30,894 nucleotides of DNA from the NCBI GenBank assembly GCA_035348395.1, contig DAOPQX010000002.1:1-30894 (forward strand), given 5' to 3'. The stretch is from Vicinamibacterales bacterium. Lineage in GTDB: Bacteria; Acidobacteriota; Vicinamibacteria; Vicinamibacterales; Fen-181. The number at the start of each line of letters is the position of its first letter. Position 1 is the stretch's first letter. Below the pieces are notes generated by a model, which was not told where the DNA came from, did no database searches, and saw nothing but the letters and a program-made list of their open reading frames with translations. Both the position numbers and the translations under genes were made by a program. Positions 17,073 through 24,765 of this stretch are shown here, one piece after another.

Positions 17073-18005
17073 ATGCCACACCACACAACCCGTCGCGACT
17101 TCCTCAAGGCCTCGGTGGCCGGGACGCTCGGCGCCGCGGCCGGCCTGCGGGCGATCGGCCTGGGCGCGCAGGGAAGCGTCGCGGGCCGCCTGGCCGTCTG
17201 CAGCTGGTCGCTGCAGCCGGCCTCAGCAGACGACCTGTTCTCGAAGCTGGCCGCCACCGGCCTGACCCGGGTGCAGATCGCCCTCGACCCGATCCGGACG
17301 AACGAGGGCGGGGGATGGGCCGACTTCGGCGCCAGGGCCTCGAAGCGCGGCGTGATGCTCGTCTCCGGGATGATCGCCACGGTTGGCGAGGACTACTCCA
17401 CGCTCGAGAGCATCCGCCGCACCGGCGGCGTGGTGCCCGACGCCACCTGGCCCGAGACGTGGAAGAACATCCAGGCCGACCTCGAGCTGGCCTCCAAGCT
17501 CGGCCTCGGCCTGGTGAGCTTCCACGCCGGCTTCCTGCCCCACGAGGAGAGCGACCCCACCTTCGCGACGCTCCAGGGCCGGCTTCGCCAGATTGCCGAC
17601 CTGGCGGCCTCCAAGAAGGTGCAGGTCGCGCTCGAGACCGGCCAGGAGGAGGCGGCGACGCTCGCCACCTTCCTGAAGAAGCTCGAGCGGCAGAACGTCG
17701 GGGTCAACTTCGACCCGGCGAACATGATCCTGTACGACAAGGGCGACCCAGTGGCCGCGCTGAAGGTGCTGTCGCCCTGGCTGCGCCAGGTCCACCTGAA
17801 GGACGCGGTGCGAACGAAGACGCCGGGGGAGTGGGGCGAGGAAGTGCGGCTCGGCACCGGCCAGGTGAACTGGAAGGCGTTCTTCAGCACGCTGGACTCG
17901 GTCGGCTTCAAGGGCAACCTGTGCATCGAGCGCGAGGCCGGCAAGGAGCGGGTGGCCGACATCCGCGCCGCGCGCGAGTACGTGGAGAAGCTGGTGGGGA
18001 AGTAA
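17073..18005 (+). CDS. Xylose-isomerase-like TIM-barrel sugar isomerase/epimerase with a Tat signal
   Basis: Tat motif TRRDFLK. Canonical E/D/H/E metal motifs LETGQE, NFDPAN, HLKD and CIERE. Confidence 0.88.
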   Translation: MPHHTTRRDFLKASVAGTLGAAAGLRAIGLGAQGSVAGRLAVCSWSLQPASADDLFSKLAATGLTRVQIALDPIRTNEGGGWADFGARASKRGVMLVSGMIATVGEDYSTLESIRRTGGVVPDATWPETWKNIQADLELASKLGLGLVSFHAGFLPHEESDPTFATLQGRLRQIADLAASKKVQVALETGQEEAATLATFLKKLERQNVGVNFDPANMILYDKGDPVAALKVLSPWLRQVHLKDAVRTKTPGEWGEEVRLGTGQVNWKAFFSTLDSVGFKGNLCIEREAGKERVADIRAAREYVEKLVGK

Positions 18006-18043
18006 CGGCGAACGCAATCTGAAGACCCATCCCACGCGTACCA

Positions 18044-18084
18044 GCGGTTGAGAGGCGCGGGCGCGCCTCGCGCGTCTCAACCGC
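18044..18084. terminator. Intergenic hairpin upstream of the GntP permease
   Basis: GCGGTTGAGA(18044-53)/TCTCAACCGC(18075-84) form a perfect 10-bp outer stem, with a GC inner stem. Confidence 0.5.
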
Positions 18085-18107
18085 ACCCGGGGCCTGGAGT
18101 TCAACGC

Positions 18108-19424
18108 ATGCCGCTCGTCATCGTGGCCCTGGGGATCGCGGCGCTGCTCGCGCTGATCCTCTTCCTCAAGCTCAACTCGTTCCTGGCGTTCGTCATCGTG
18201 TCGCTCGGGGTGGCCCTGGCCGAGGGGATGGGCCTCCACGAGGCGGTGGCGTCGATCGAGAAGGGGATCGGCGACACCCTCGGCATCCTCGTCATGATCC
18301 TCGGCCTCGGGGCGATGCTGGGCAAGCTGGTCGCCGACAGCGGGGCCGCCGAGCGCATCACCTCGAGCCTGATCGGCCTCTTCGGCCTCGGCCGCGTGCA
18401 GTGGGCCCTGATGCTCACCGCGTTCATCGTCGGGGTCCCGCTGTTCTACGACGTCGGCTTCGTGATCATGATGCCGATCGTCTTCGCCGTCGTCGCCTCC
18501 ACCGGCGTGCCGCTGCTGTACGTCGGGCTCCCGACGCTCGCTTCGCTGTCGGTCACCCACGGGTACCTCCCGCCGCACCCGGCCCCGACCGCCATCGCGA
18601 CGATGTTCGGCGCCGACATCGGGAAGACGCTGGTGTACGGCGTCCTGATCGCGATCCCGGCAATCATCGTCGCAGGCCCGATCCTGTCGCGCGGCCTGCG
18701 GAAGGTGAACGCGCGGCCGATGGACGAGTTCACCGCGGCGCCCTCGGCCGTCGAGCGAAGCCTCCCGGGTTTCGCCACCAGCGTCGTCTCGGCGCTGCTG
18801 CCGGTGATCCTGATCGGCTCGGCCACCATCGCCGCCTACCTTCTACCCGAGGGCAACGCGGTGCGCCGGGTGCTCGGATGGGCAGGCAACCCGGTGATCG
18901 CCATGCTCGTGTCGCTGCTGCTGGCGATCTACACGCTCGGGCTGGCCAGGGGCCGCGAGATGGGCGACATCATGGCGTCGCTCGCCCACTCGATCTCGAG
19001 CCTGACCATGGTGATGCTGATCATCGGGGGGGCGGGCGCGCTGAAGCAGGTGCTGGTGGACAGCGGCGTCAGCGCCTACATCGGCGGCCTGCTGAAGGGG
19101 TCGGCGGTGTCGCCGCTGGTGCTGGGGTGGCTGATTGCGACGGTCCTGCGGGTGTGCGTCGGCTCGGCGACCGTGGCCGGCATCACCACCGCGGGCATCA
19201 TCCTGCCGCTGGTCAGCACGTCCGGCGTCAACCCCGAGCTGATGGTGCTGGCGATCGGCTCGGGCAGCCTGATGCTGGCGCACGTGAACGACGGCGGCTT
19301 CTGGCTGGTGAAGGAGTACTTCAACCTGAGCATCGTGGACACGATCAAGACCTGGACGGTGATGGAGACGGCGGTCGGGGTCACCGGCCTGCTGGGCGTC
19401 CTGGTGCTGAACGCGTTCATCTGA
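18108..19424 (+). CDS. Gluconate:H+ symporter (GntP/GntT family), 438 aa
   Basis: Motifs LGAMLGKL.ADSGAA, LFYDVGFV, THGYLPPHPAP, ALKQVLVDSG, GSATVA and HVNDGGFWL.KEYF. Confidence 0.93.
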   Translation: MPLVIVALGIAALLALILFLKLNSFLAFVIVSLGVALAEGMGLHEAVASIEKGIGDTLGILVMILGLGAMLGKLVADSGAAERITSSLIGLFGLGRVQWALMLTAFIVGVPLFYDVGFVIMMPIVFAVVASTGVPLLYVGLPTLASLSVTHGYLPPHPAPTAIATMFGADIGKTLVYGVLIAIPAIIVAGPILSRGLRKVNARPMDEFTAAPSAVERSLPGFATSVVSALLPVILIGSATIAAYLLPEGNAVRRVLGWAGNPVIAMLVSLLLAIYTLGLARGREMGDIMASLAHSISSLTMVMLIIGGAGALKQVLVDSGVSAYIGGLLKGSAVSPLVLGWLIATVLRVCVGSATVAGITTAGIILPLVSTSGVNPELMVLAIGSGSLMLAHVNDGGFWLVKEYFNLSIVDTIKTWTVMETAVGVTGLLGVLVLNAFI

Positions 19425-19435
19425 CCAGGGCGAGA

Positions 19436-19441
19436 TAGCAT
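19436..19441 (+). promoter_or_regulatory. Putative -10 TAGCAT, 6 nt before the dipeptidase ATG (leaderless geometry)
   Basis: TAGCAT aagggc ATG, in a 23-nt intergenic gap with no SD. Confidence 0.45.
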
Positions 19442-19447
19442 AAGGGC

Positions 19448-20524
19448 ATGGCACCTCTTCCGCTGATCTTCGACGCACACCTCGATCTCTCGATGAACGC
19501 GCTCGAGTGGAACCGCGACCTGCGCTGGACGGTCGACGAGATCCGCGCGTCCGAGCGGGGGATGGCCGACAAGCCCGATCGGGGGCGCGGGACCGTGTCG
19601 TTCGAGGCGATGCGCCGAGGCAACGTCGGCATCTGCGTGGCGACGTTGATCGCCCGATTCGTGCGCCCGGGGAACCAGATCCCCGGGTGGCACTCGCAGC
19701 AGCAGGCCTGGGCGCAGACGCAGGGGCAGCTGGCCTGGTACCGCGCGATGGAAGAGGCCGGCGAGATGGCGCAGATCACGACGCTCGCCGAGCTCGAGCG
19801 GCACCTGAAGCTCTGGGAAGAGGGCGGGCGCTCCGGCCCCATCGGCTACGTCCTCAGTCTTGAAGGGGCCGATTCACTGGTCTCGCTCGAGCACCTCGCC
19901 CGCGCGCACGCGCGGGGCCTGCGGGCCGTCGGCCCAGCCCATTACGGGCCCGGCATCTACGCGCAGGGAACCAACGCCTGCGGCGGGCTCGGCGTGAAGG
20001 GGCGCGAGCTGCTGAAGGAGATGGAGCGGCTGAACGTCATCCTCGACGTCAGTCACCTGTGCGACGAGAGCTTCTGGGAAAGTCTCGAGGTGTTCGGCGG
20101 GCCGGTGTGGGCGAGCCACAGCAACTGCCGCTCGCTCGTCCCGCACGTCCGGCAGTTCTCGGACGACCAGTTGAAGGCGCTCATCGAGCGTGGCGCCGTC
20201 GTCGGCGCCGCCCTCGACGCGTGGATGCTGGCTCCGGGGTGGGAGCGTGGGCGCTCGACGCCGCGGGGGATGGATGTCACCCTCGCGCGGGTCGTGGACC
20301 ACATCGACCACGTCTGCCAGCTCGCGGGCAACTCGCGGCACGCCGGCATCGGGTCCGACCTCGACGGCGCGTTCGGGACCGAGCAGTGCCCGGCCGACGT
20401 GGACACCATCGCCGACCTGCAGAAGATCCCGTCGCTCCTCGCCGCGCGCGGCTACTCGGCCGAGGACGTGGAGAACGTTCTGAGCGCCAACTACCTCAGA
20501 TTCCTGAGAGAGGCTTGGCGCTAG
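19448..20524 (+). CDS. Membrane dipeptidase family (peptidase M19) amidohydrolase
   Basis: Motifs FDAHLD, LSLEGAD, ILDVSH, WASHSN and GIGSDLDG. Confidence 0.9.
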   Translation: MAPLPLIFDAHLDLSMNALEWNRDLRWTVDEIRASERGMADKPDRGRGTVSFEAMRRGNVGICVATLIARFVRPGNQIPGWHSQQQAWAQTQGQLAWYRAMEEAGEMAQITTLAELERHLKLWEEGGRSGPIGYVLSLEGADSLVSLEHLARAHARGLRAVGPAHYGPGIYAQGTNACGGLGVKGRELLKEMERLNVILDVSHLCDESFWESLEVFGGPVWASHSNCRSLVPHVRQFSDDQLKALIERGAVVGAALDAWMLAPGWERGRSTPRGMDVTLARVVDHIDHVCQLAGNSRHAGIGSDLDGAFGTEQCPADVDTIADLQKIPSLLAARGYSAEDVENVLSANYLRFLREAWR

Positions 20525-22390
20525 TCACCGCGCGTCAAGCTCTTCGAGCCGCGACTCGGCCTCCTCGAGACCGATGCCGTGGCGAAGGCGCATCGTGGCG
20601 ACGCCAACCGGGGGCGGGTAGACCTTGCCCGCGGCGCGCCGCGGCTCGACGTACTCGACCACCTCGAACAGCGCGTGGCAGGCCGCCTCGTAGCTGACGC
20701 CCGCCAGGTCGCTGATGTAGCGCGTGGAGCGATCGATCAGCTTCAGGTTGCTCGGCACCACCCAGATCATCCGGTTCCCGAGCACCCGGCCCAGCCGTAC
20801 CATCGTGCAGGTGGACAGCGCGTTCAGCAGCATCTTCACGCCGATCCGGACCAGCGGGTCGAGCAGGAACGGCGTGTCGGCAACCGGGAGGACCACCGTC
20901 TGCCCCGCCGCCTGCGCCGCCGCCGACGTCCGCAGCCCGTGGAGGTCGGCGTGCCGGCCAACGGCGATGAGGGCGGCGTCGGCCTCGACGGCGGTGGCCG
21001 CCTCGATCTGGCGTGAGAAGGTCGAGCCGGCCTCCTTCACCAGGGGGAGGTCGGAGGTCGTCACGACCACCGTCACCGCGTCGCCGGCGCGCGTGAGCCG
21101 ATGCTGCAGGCCGTCGAGGCCGATGCGGAAGCGCATCAGGTCGTGGTGGCCGATCTCGCGCACGACCGCCGCCTGCCGGGAGGCCGCCTCGGCGTCCAGC
21201 AGCTTGCGCAGGTCGCGCTCGGTCCATTCGATGGTCTGGGGTTCGCGCCGCAGCAGCGTCCGCCACGCCCCCTCGGTCCTCTGCTCACCGGTGAACAGGA
21301 AGGCCCACGACTCGGCCGCCTCGGTGTCGTCCCACTTGCGGAACGGCGGCGTGCAGAAGGTGGGGCTCCGCTCGGTGGTGTCGGTGAGGACGTCCACCGC
21401 CAGGGTGTGCGCAAAGTACGAAGTCCGGCCGCCGCGGCGGTAGATGCGCTCCTCCGTCTCGACGAGACCGGCCAGCGGTCCCAGGATCGCGTCACCGCAA
21501 AGCGTTCCGTGCAGCGCCTCGAGCCCGGACCTGATCTCGGCCGGAACCTCCTCGGGCCGCCCGACCCCGGCCTCGTGCCTCCCGCGCTCGCCGACCAGCT
21601 CGCGCACGACCATCTCGAGGACGGTCAGCATGGCCAGCAGTTCCATGCTGGTGGCCTGCATGCGGGTCGAGCCCGTGATGGCCATCGGGCCAGAGGCGAG
21701 GTTGACCTTTTCGATGCGCGCCTCGTCGAGCACCTCGCGGCTGCGGCGGACGGGGCGAAGGTCCTCGTCGGGGTTGTTGTAGACGAAGAAGACCCGCGCC
21801 CCGGTCTCCAGGGCTTGCCAGGCCGTGCCGATGACGAACGAGGTCTCGCCCCCCTCGGTGATCGCGAAGAGCGTGTCGCCCTTCTCCAGGCCGAGGTCCT
21901 GGACCTGCCGCTGCCCGAACGGAGCAAAGTCTTCGAACCCCTCCACCGACTTGATCAGCGCGTAGTCGCCGCCGGCCATGGCGCCGCGGGTGCGGTGCTC
22001 CCACCCGCCCGGGGCGGGCTGTTCGAGGCCGCGCGCCGCCCAGTTCTGCCAGAAGGCACGCCAGGCGGCGTCGAGCTGGATGCTGAGGCGGCCGGTGGCG
22101 CCGCAGCCCGTGAAGAACAGCCTGCCGCCCCTTCGCAGCGTCTCGAGGGCAGCCGAGGCCATGCGCGCCGCCTGGCCGCTGGCCGACCATTCGCGGTACT
22201 TGTGGACCACGTCGCCGTCCACGTCGAAGAGCGCGGCCAGGCCCTCCTCGGTGCTACGGCGGGCGACCGCGCTGAGATCGGCCGTTCGCGGGTGGGCCGA
22301 CTCGGTGAGAAGCGAGCCGAGGTGGAAGTCGGATGCGATCTCGAGGAACTGCTCGGCCCGTTCGCGTGCGGTGAGGGATTGTGTCGGCAT
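20525..22390 (-). CDS. Tandem SIS-domain protein (fused MurQ-like pseudo-dimer / glucokinase regulatory protein-like), 621 aa
   Basis: First SIS domain: GGRLFFTGCGATGRL, AGGD..LIKSVEGFED and GPMAITGSTRM. Second SIS domain: DTTERSPTF, KMLLNALST, RLGRVLGNRM and PSNLKLIDR. It is about twice the length of MurQ. Confidence 0.8.
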   Translation of the reverse strand: MPTQSLTARERAEQFLEIASDFHLGSLLTESAHPRTADLSAVARRSTEEGLAALFDVDGDVVHKYREWSASGQAARMASAALETLRRGGRLFFTGCGATGRLSIQLDAAWRAFWQNWAARGLEQPAPGGWEHRTRGAMAGGDYALIKSVEGFEDFAPFGQRQVQDLGLEKGDTLFAITEGGETSFVIGTAWQALETGARVFFVYNNPDEDLRPVRRSREVLDEARIEKVNLASGPMAITGSTRMQATSMELLAMLTVLEMVVRELVGERGRHEAGVGRPEEVPAEIRSGLEALHGTLCGDAILGPLAGLVETEERIYRRGGRTSYFAHTLAVDVLTDTTERSPTFCTPPFRKWDDTEAAESWAFLFTGEQRTEGAWRTLLRREPQTIEWTERDLRKLLDAEAASRQAAVVREIGHHDLMRFRIGLDGLQHRLTRAGDAVTVVVTTSDLPLVKEAGSTFSRQIEAATAVEADAALIAVGRHADLHGLRTSAAAQAAGQTVVLPVADTPFLLDPLVRIGVKMLLNALSTCTMVRLGRVLGNRMIWVVPSNLKLIDRSTRYISDLAGVSYEAACHALFEVVEYVEPRRAAGKVYPPPVGVATMRLRHGIGLEEAESRLEELDAR

Positions 22391-22425
22391 AAGGACGAGG
22401 GACCCATTGGGGGGCGTGCCCCTCG

Positions 22426-22431
22426 ATTATA
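22426..22431 (-). promoter_or_regulatory. Consensus -10 TATAAT upstream of the GKRP-like gene
   Basis: The plus strand ATTATA at 22426-31 is TATAAT on the minus strand, 35 nt before the ATG at 22390. No clear -35 is visible. Confidence 0.5.
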
Positions 22432-22511
22432 GGCCACGGTCCGGCCGGGTGCCCGATGCTGGCGCCCGCCGGGCCGTCCGTGGTGGAATACCGTCGCCGG
22501 CGAGCGACGTC

Positions 22512-22622
22512 ATGCCAGCGAACCTCACCCCGAGCGTGTGGGGCTCGGGCGCCTTCGACGGCCAGACCGCCCACCGCGATCACGTGCTGGCGGACGGCGA
22601 CATCGTCGAGATTCACGAGTAG
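22512..22622 (+). pseudogene. Collapsed remnant of a DRG/Obg-like TGS-domain GTPase (36 aa)
   Basis: MPANLTP|SVWGSGAFDGQTAHRDHVLADGDIVEIHE*. The first 7 residues match the recalled N-terminus of this family, and the last 29 match the TGS C-terminus. Confidence 0.65.
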
Positions 22623-22669
22623 GATCGCGAGGTACACCACGGCCGCCGAAGACATGCGCAAGCGTCACT

Positions 22670-22696
22670 CTTCGTGTTCTTTGTGATCTTTGTGGT
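22670..22696. repeat. Nonamer tandem repeat (CTTYGTGDT) x3
   Basis: CTTCGTGTT CTTTGTGAT CTTTGTGGT. Confidence 0.75.
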
Positions 22697-22744
22697 TCAA
22701 TTCGTCCGTGAGGGCCCGTGGCGGCCGGTCACATAGAGGAGAGC

Positions 22745-23668
22745 ATGGCAATGTTTCGTCGAGCGACAGCGATGATCGGGGTTGCCTTGGCGCTGGTGGC
22801 GCCCGTAGCCCTCGCAGCCAGTGCGCCGGTGCAGGGGGATAGCCCGATTGGCATCTTCCTGAGGTGCACCGGGCAGGACGATCCCCTGCGCGCGCTGCAG
22901 GCGGTCAAGTCGATGGGCGTGAGCACGATCCAGGTCAGCCGTCTTCCCGACCGCTTCTACAGCCCCGAGGGGGCTCGCGAGTTCGCGGGCATGCTGCGCG
23001 ACACCGGCATCCGCGCCGACTCGGTGGTGGTCGTGTTCGACGGCGAGAGCTACCGCGACCGGGACGCTGTGGTCCGGACGGTCGGGTTTCGCCCGCTGCA
23101 CCTGATTCCCGAGCGCCTGGCGTACGCACGCCGGTGCGTCGACTTCGCGCGGGCGATCGGCGCGCGGATCGTGACGTTCCACATGGGCTTCCTGCCGGCC
23201 GATCCCGAAGACGAGGCCTACCGCGCCATGCTGAAGGCGGTCACCGACATCGCGTCGTACGCCGCGAGCCAGGACGTGACCATCTCGCTCGAGACTGGCC
23301 AGGAGACCGGCGAGCAGCTGGCCGCGTTCCTGAACGAAATCACCGTCGCGCGCGTGGGGGTCAACTTCGACCCCGCCAACCTCGTGATCTACGGTGTGGA
23401 CTCGCCGTCGCGCGCGCTGCAGCACTTCGTCACCCGGGTCACCTCGGTGCACGTAAAGGACGCGCTGCTGCCGGAGAAGCCGGGTGCGATGGGCCGTGAG
23501 GTCAGGCCCGGCGAGGGGCGCGCCGAGCTGGCCGAGTGCTTCCTGATGCTGAAGGCATCGGGCTTCCGCGGTGCACTGGTAATCGAGAACTACGTCGCCC
23601 GTGGTCTGAAGACCGACCCGATGGACGAGCTTCGCGGCGCGAAGGCCTTCATCGAGAAGACCTGGTAG
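22745..23668 (+). CDS. Exported xylose-isomerase-like TIM-barrel sugar isomerase/epimerase, 307 aa
   Basis: Signal peptide MAMFRRATAMIGVALALVAPVALA. Motifs FHMGFLP, LETGQE, VNFDPAN, HVKD and VIENY. SD GAGGAG. Confidence 0.85.
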   Translation: MAMFRRATAMIGVALALVAPVALAASAPVQGDSPIGIFLRCTGQDDPLRALQAVKSMGVSTIQVSRLPDRFYSPEGAREFAGMLRDTGIRADSVVVVFDGESYRDRDAVVRTVGFRPLHLIPERLAYARRCVDFARAIGARIVTFHMGFLPADPEDEAYRAMLKAVTDIASYAASQDVTISLETGQETGEQLAAFLNEITVARVGVNFDPANLVIYGVDSPSRALQHFVTRVTSVHVKDALLPEKPGAMGREVRPGEGRAELAECFLMLKASGFRGALVIENYVARGLKTDPMDELRGAKAFIEKTW

Positions 23669-23698
23669 ACCCGCTCATCGCCAAACCCGGCCCGCCTC

Positions 23699-23707
23699 TG
23701 CTATGCT
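23699..23707 (+). promoter_or_regulatory. Extended -10 TGcTATGCT upstream of the SGNH-carbamoyltransferase module
   Basis: TGnTAnnnT, 19 nt before the ATG at 23727. Confidence 0.45.
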
Positions 23708-23726
23708 CTGAAACTCTTGAGCGGGC

Positions 23727-24740
23727 ATGTTCAGCGAGGGTTCACTGGCTCAGCGGCAGGTCGAAGGGAACGCGGGCGAGGCGGCGAGGCGCGGGCGCGT
23801 TGGCGGTGTCCTGATCCGCGTCGGCATCGCCGTTCTCATGACCGCCCTCGCGCTCGTGGCCAGCGAGTGGGGCCTGCGGTATCACTACCGCGGGGTGGGC
23901 TCGAGCGGCCACGATGGGGACTACTTCTCGAAGCGGCCCGAGGTCCGGCGCAACAGCCTCGGGTTCCGGGAGCGGGAGATCCCGCCCAAGACACCTGATC
24001 AGTACCGGATCGTCGTCGTCGGCGACTCCTTCACGTTCGGGCAGGGCCTGGATGAGCGCGACCGCCTTTCGAACGTGCTCGCGACGCACCTCGGGCCCCG
24101 GTACGAGGTCTTCAACTTCGGGAGGCGCGGCGCCAACCTGGACGACCACCTCGCAATCCTCGACCGGGCGCTGAGCGTGTCGCCCGACTTCGTGCTGCTG
24201 CAGTTGTTCACGAACGACTTCGAGCTGTCGGAGGCGAGGCGGCCGCGACACTACCCCCTCCTGCCGGCCGCGGCCGACCGGACGATGGGGCGTTCGTCGC
24301 TCACCTACCTTCTCGTGCGGCGCGGCTGGATCCGTCTGCAGGAGGTCGTGGGCCTTGCCGACAGCTACGCGGGCTATCTCGAGCGGCGGCTGCGCGACCC
24401 GGCGTCGCGTGACTCGGTGAAGACGTCAGCGCTTTTGCGCCGGTTGTTCAGGATGGCGCGGGCGGCCGGCGCCGGTGTGGGCGTGGTGATGTTCCCGGCA
24501 ACCGACACCTTCGGCCCCGGCGGCAGCGGCTACCCTTACGGCTACCTGCACGAGCGAGTGCGCCTGATCTGCCGCGACCAGGGGGTCGGGTGCGTCGATC
24601 TCTTTTCGGCGCTGTCGCGGGTGCCCGACCCGCGCATCTGGTGGGTGAGCGCCGTCGATGCCCATCCCAGCGCGGCCGCCAACCGGCGGGCCGCGGGGGA
24701 GGTGGTGGCCGCCTTCGCGTCGGAGTGGGGCGGGCGGTGA
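23727..24740 (+). CDS. Membrane-anchored SGNH/GDSL hydrolase-family protein
   Basis: N-terminal TM helix (VLIRVGIAVLMTALALVASE). SGNH blocks GDSFTFG, G, TND and DAHP. The exact start codon is uncertain. Confidence 0.82.
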   Translation: MFSEGSLAQRQVEGNAGEAARRGRVGGVLIRVGIAVLMTALALVASEWGLRYHYRGVGSSGHDGDYFSKRPEVRRNSLGFREREIPPKTPDQYRIVVVGDSFTFGQGLDERDRLSNVLATHLGPRYEVFNFGRRGANLDDHLAILDRALSVSPDFVLLQLFTNDFELSEARRPRHYPLLPAAADRTMGRSSLTYLLVRRGWIRLQEVVGLADSYAGYLERRLRDPASRDSVKTSALLRRLFRMARAAGAGVGVVMFPATDTFGPGGSGYPYGYLHERVRLICRDQGVGCVDLFSALSRVPDPRIWWVSAVDAHPSAAANRRAAGEVVAAFASEWGGR

Positions 24741-24765
24741 TCGAAGGAAGCGAGCCGGCGGTCCC

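Noticed and set aside
20525-22390. Ordinary MurQ etherase in a peptidoglycan recycling locus
   Set aside because: The protein is twice MurQ length, its acidic motifs are split between the halves, and no anmK, nagZ or PTS genes are nearby.
22670-22696. CRISPR array suggested by the tandem repeats here and at 7804 and 9672
   Set aside because: The units are 7-9 bp, have no spacers, and there are no cas genes.
22640-22727. Inverted repeat CGGCCGCC/GGCGGCCG flanking the nonamer run as MITE ends
   Set aside because: It is only 8 bp of pure GC, does not extend cleanly, and has no target-site duplication.
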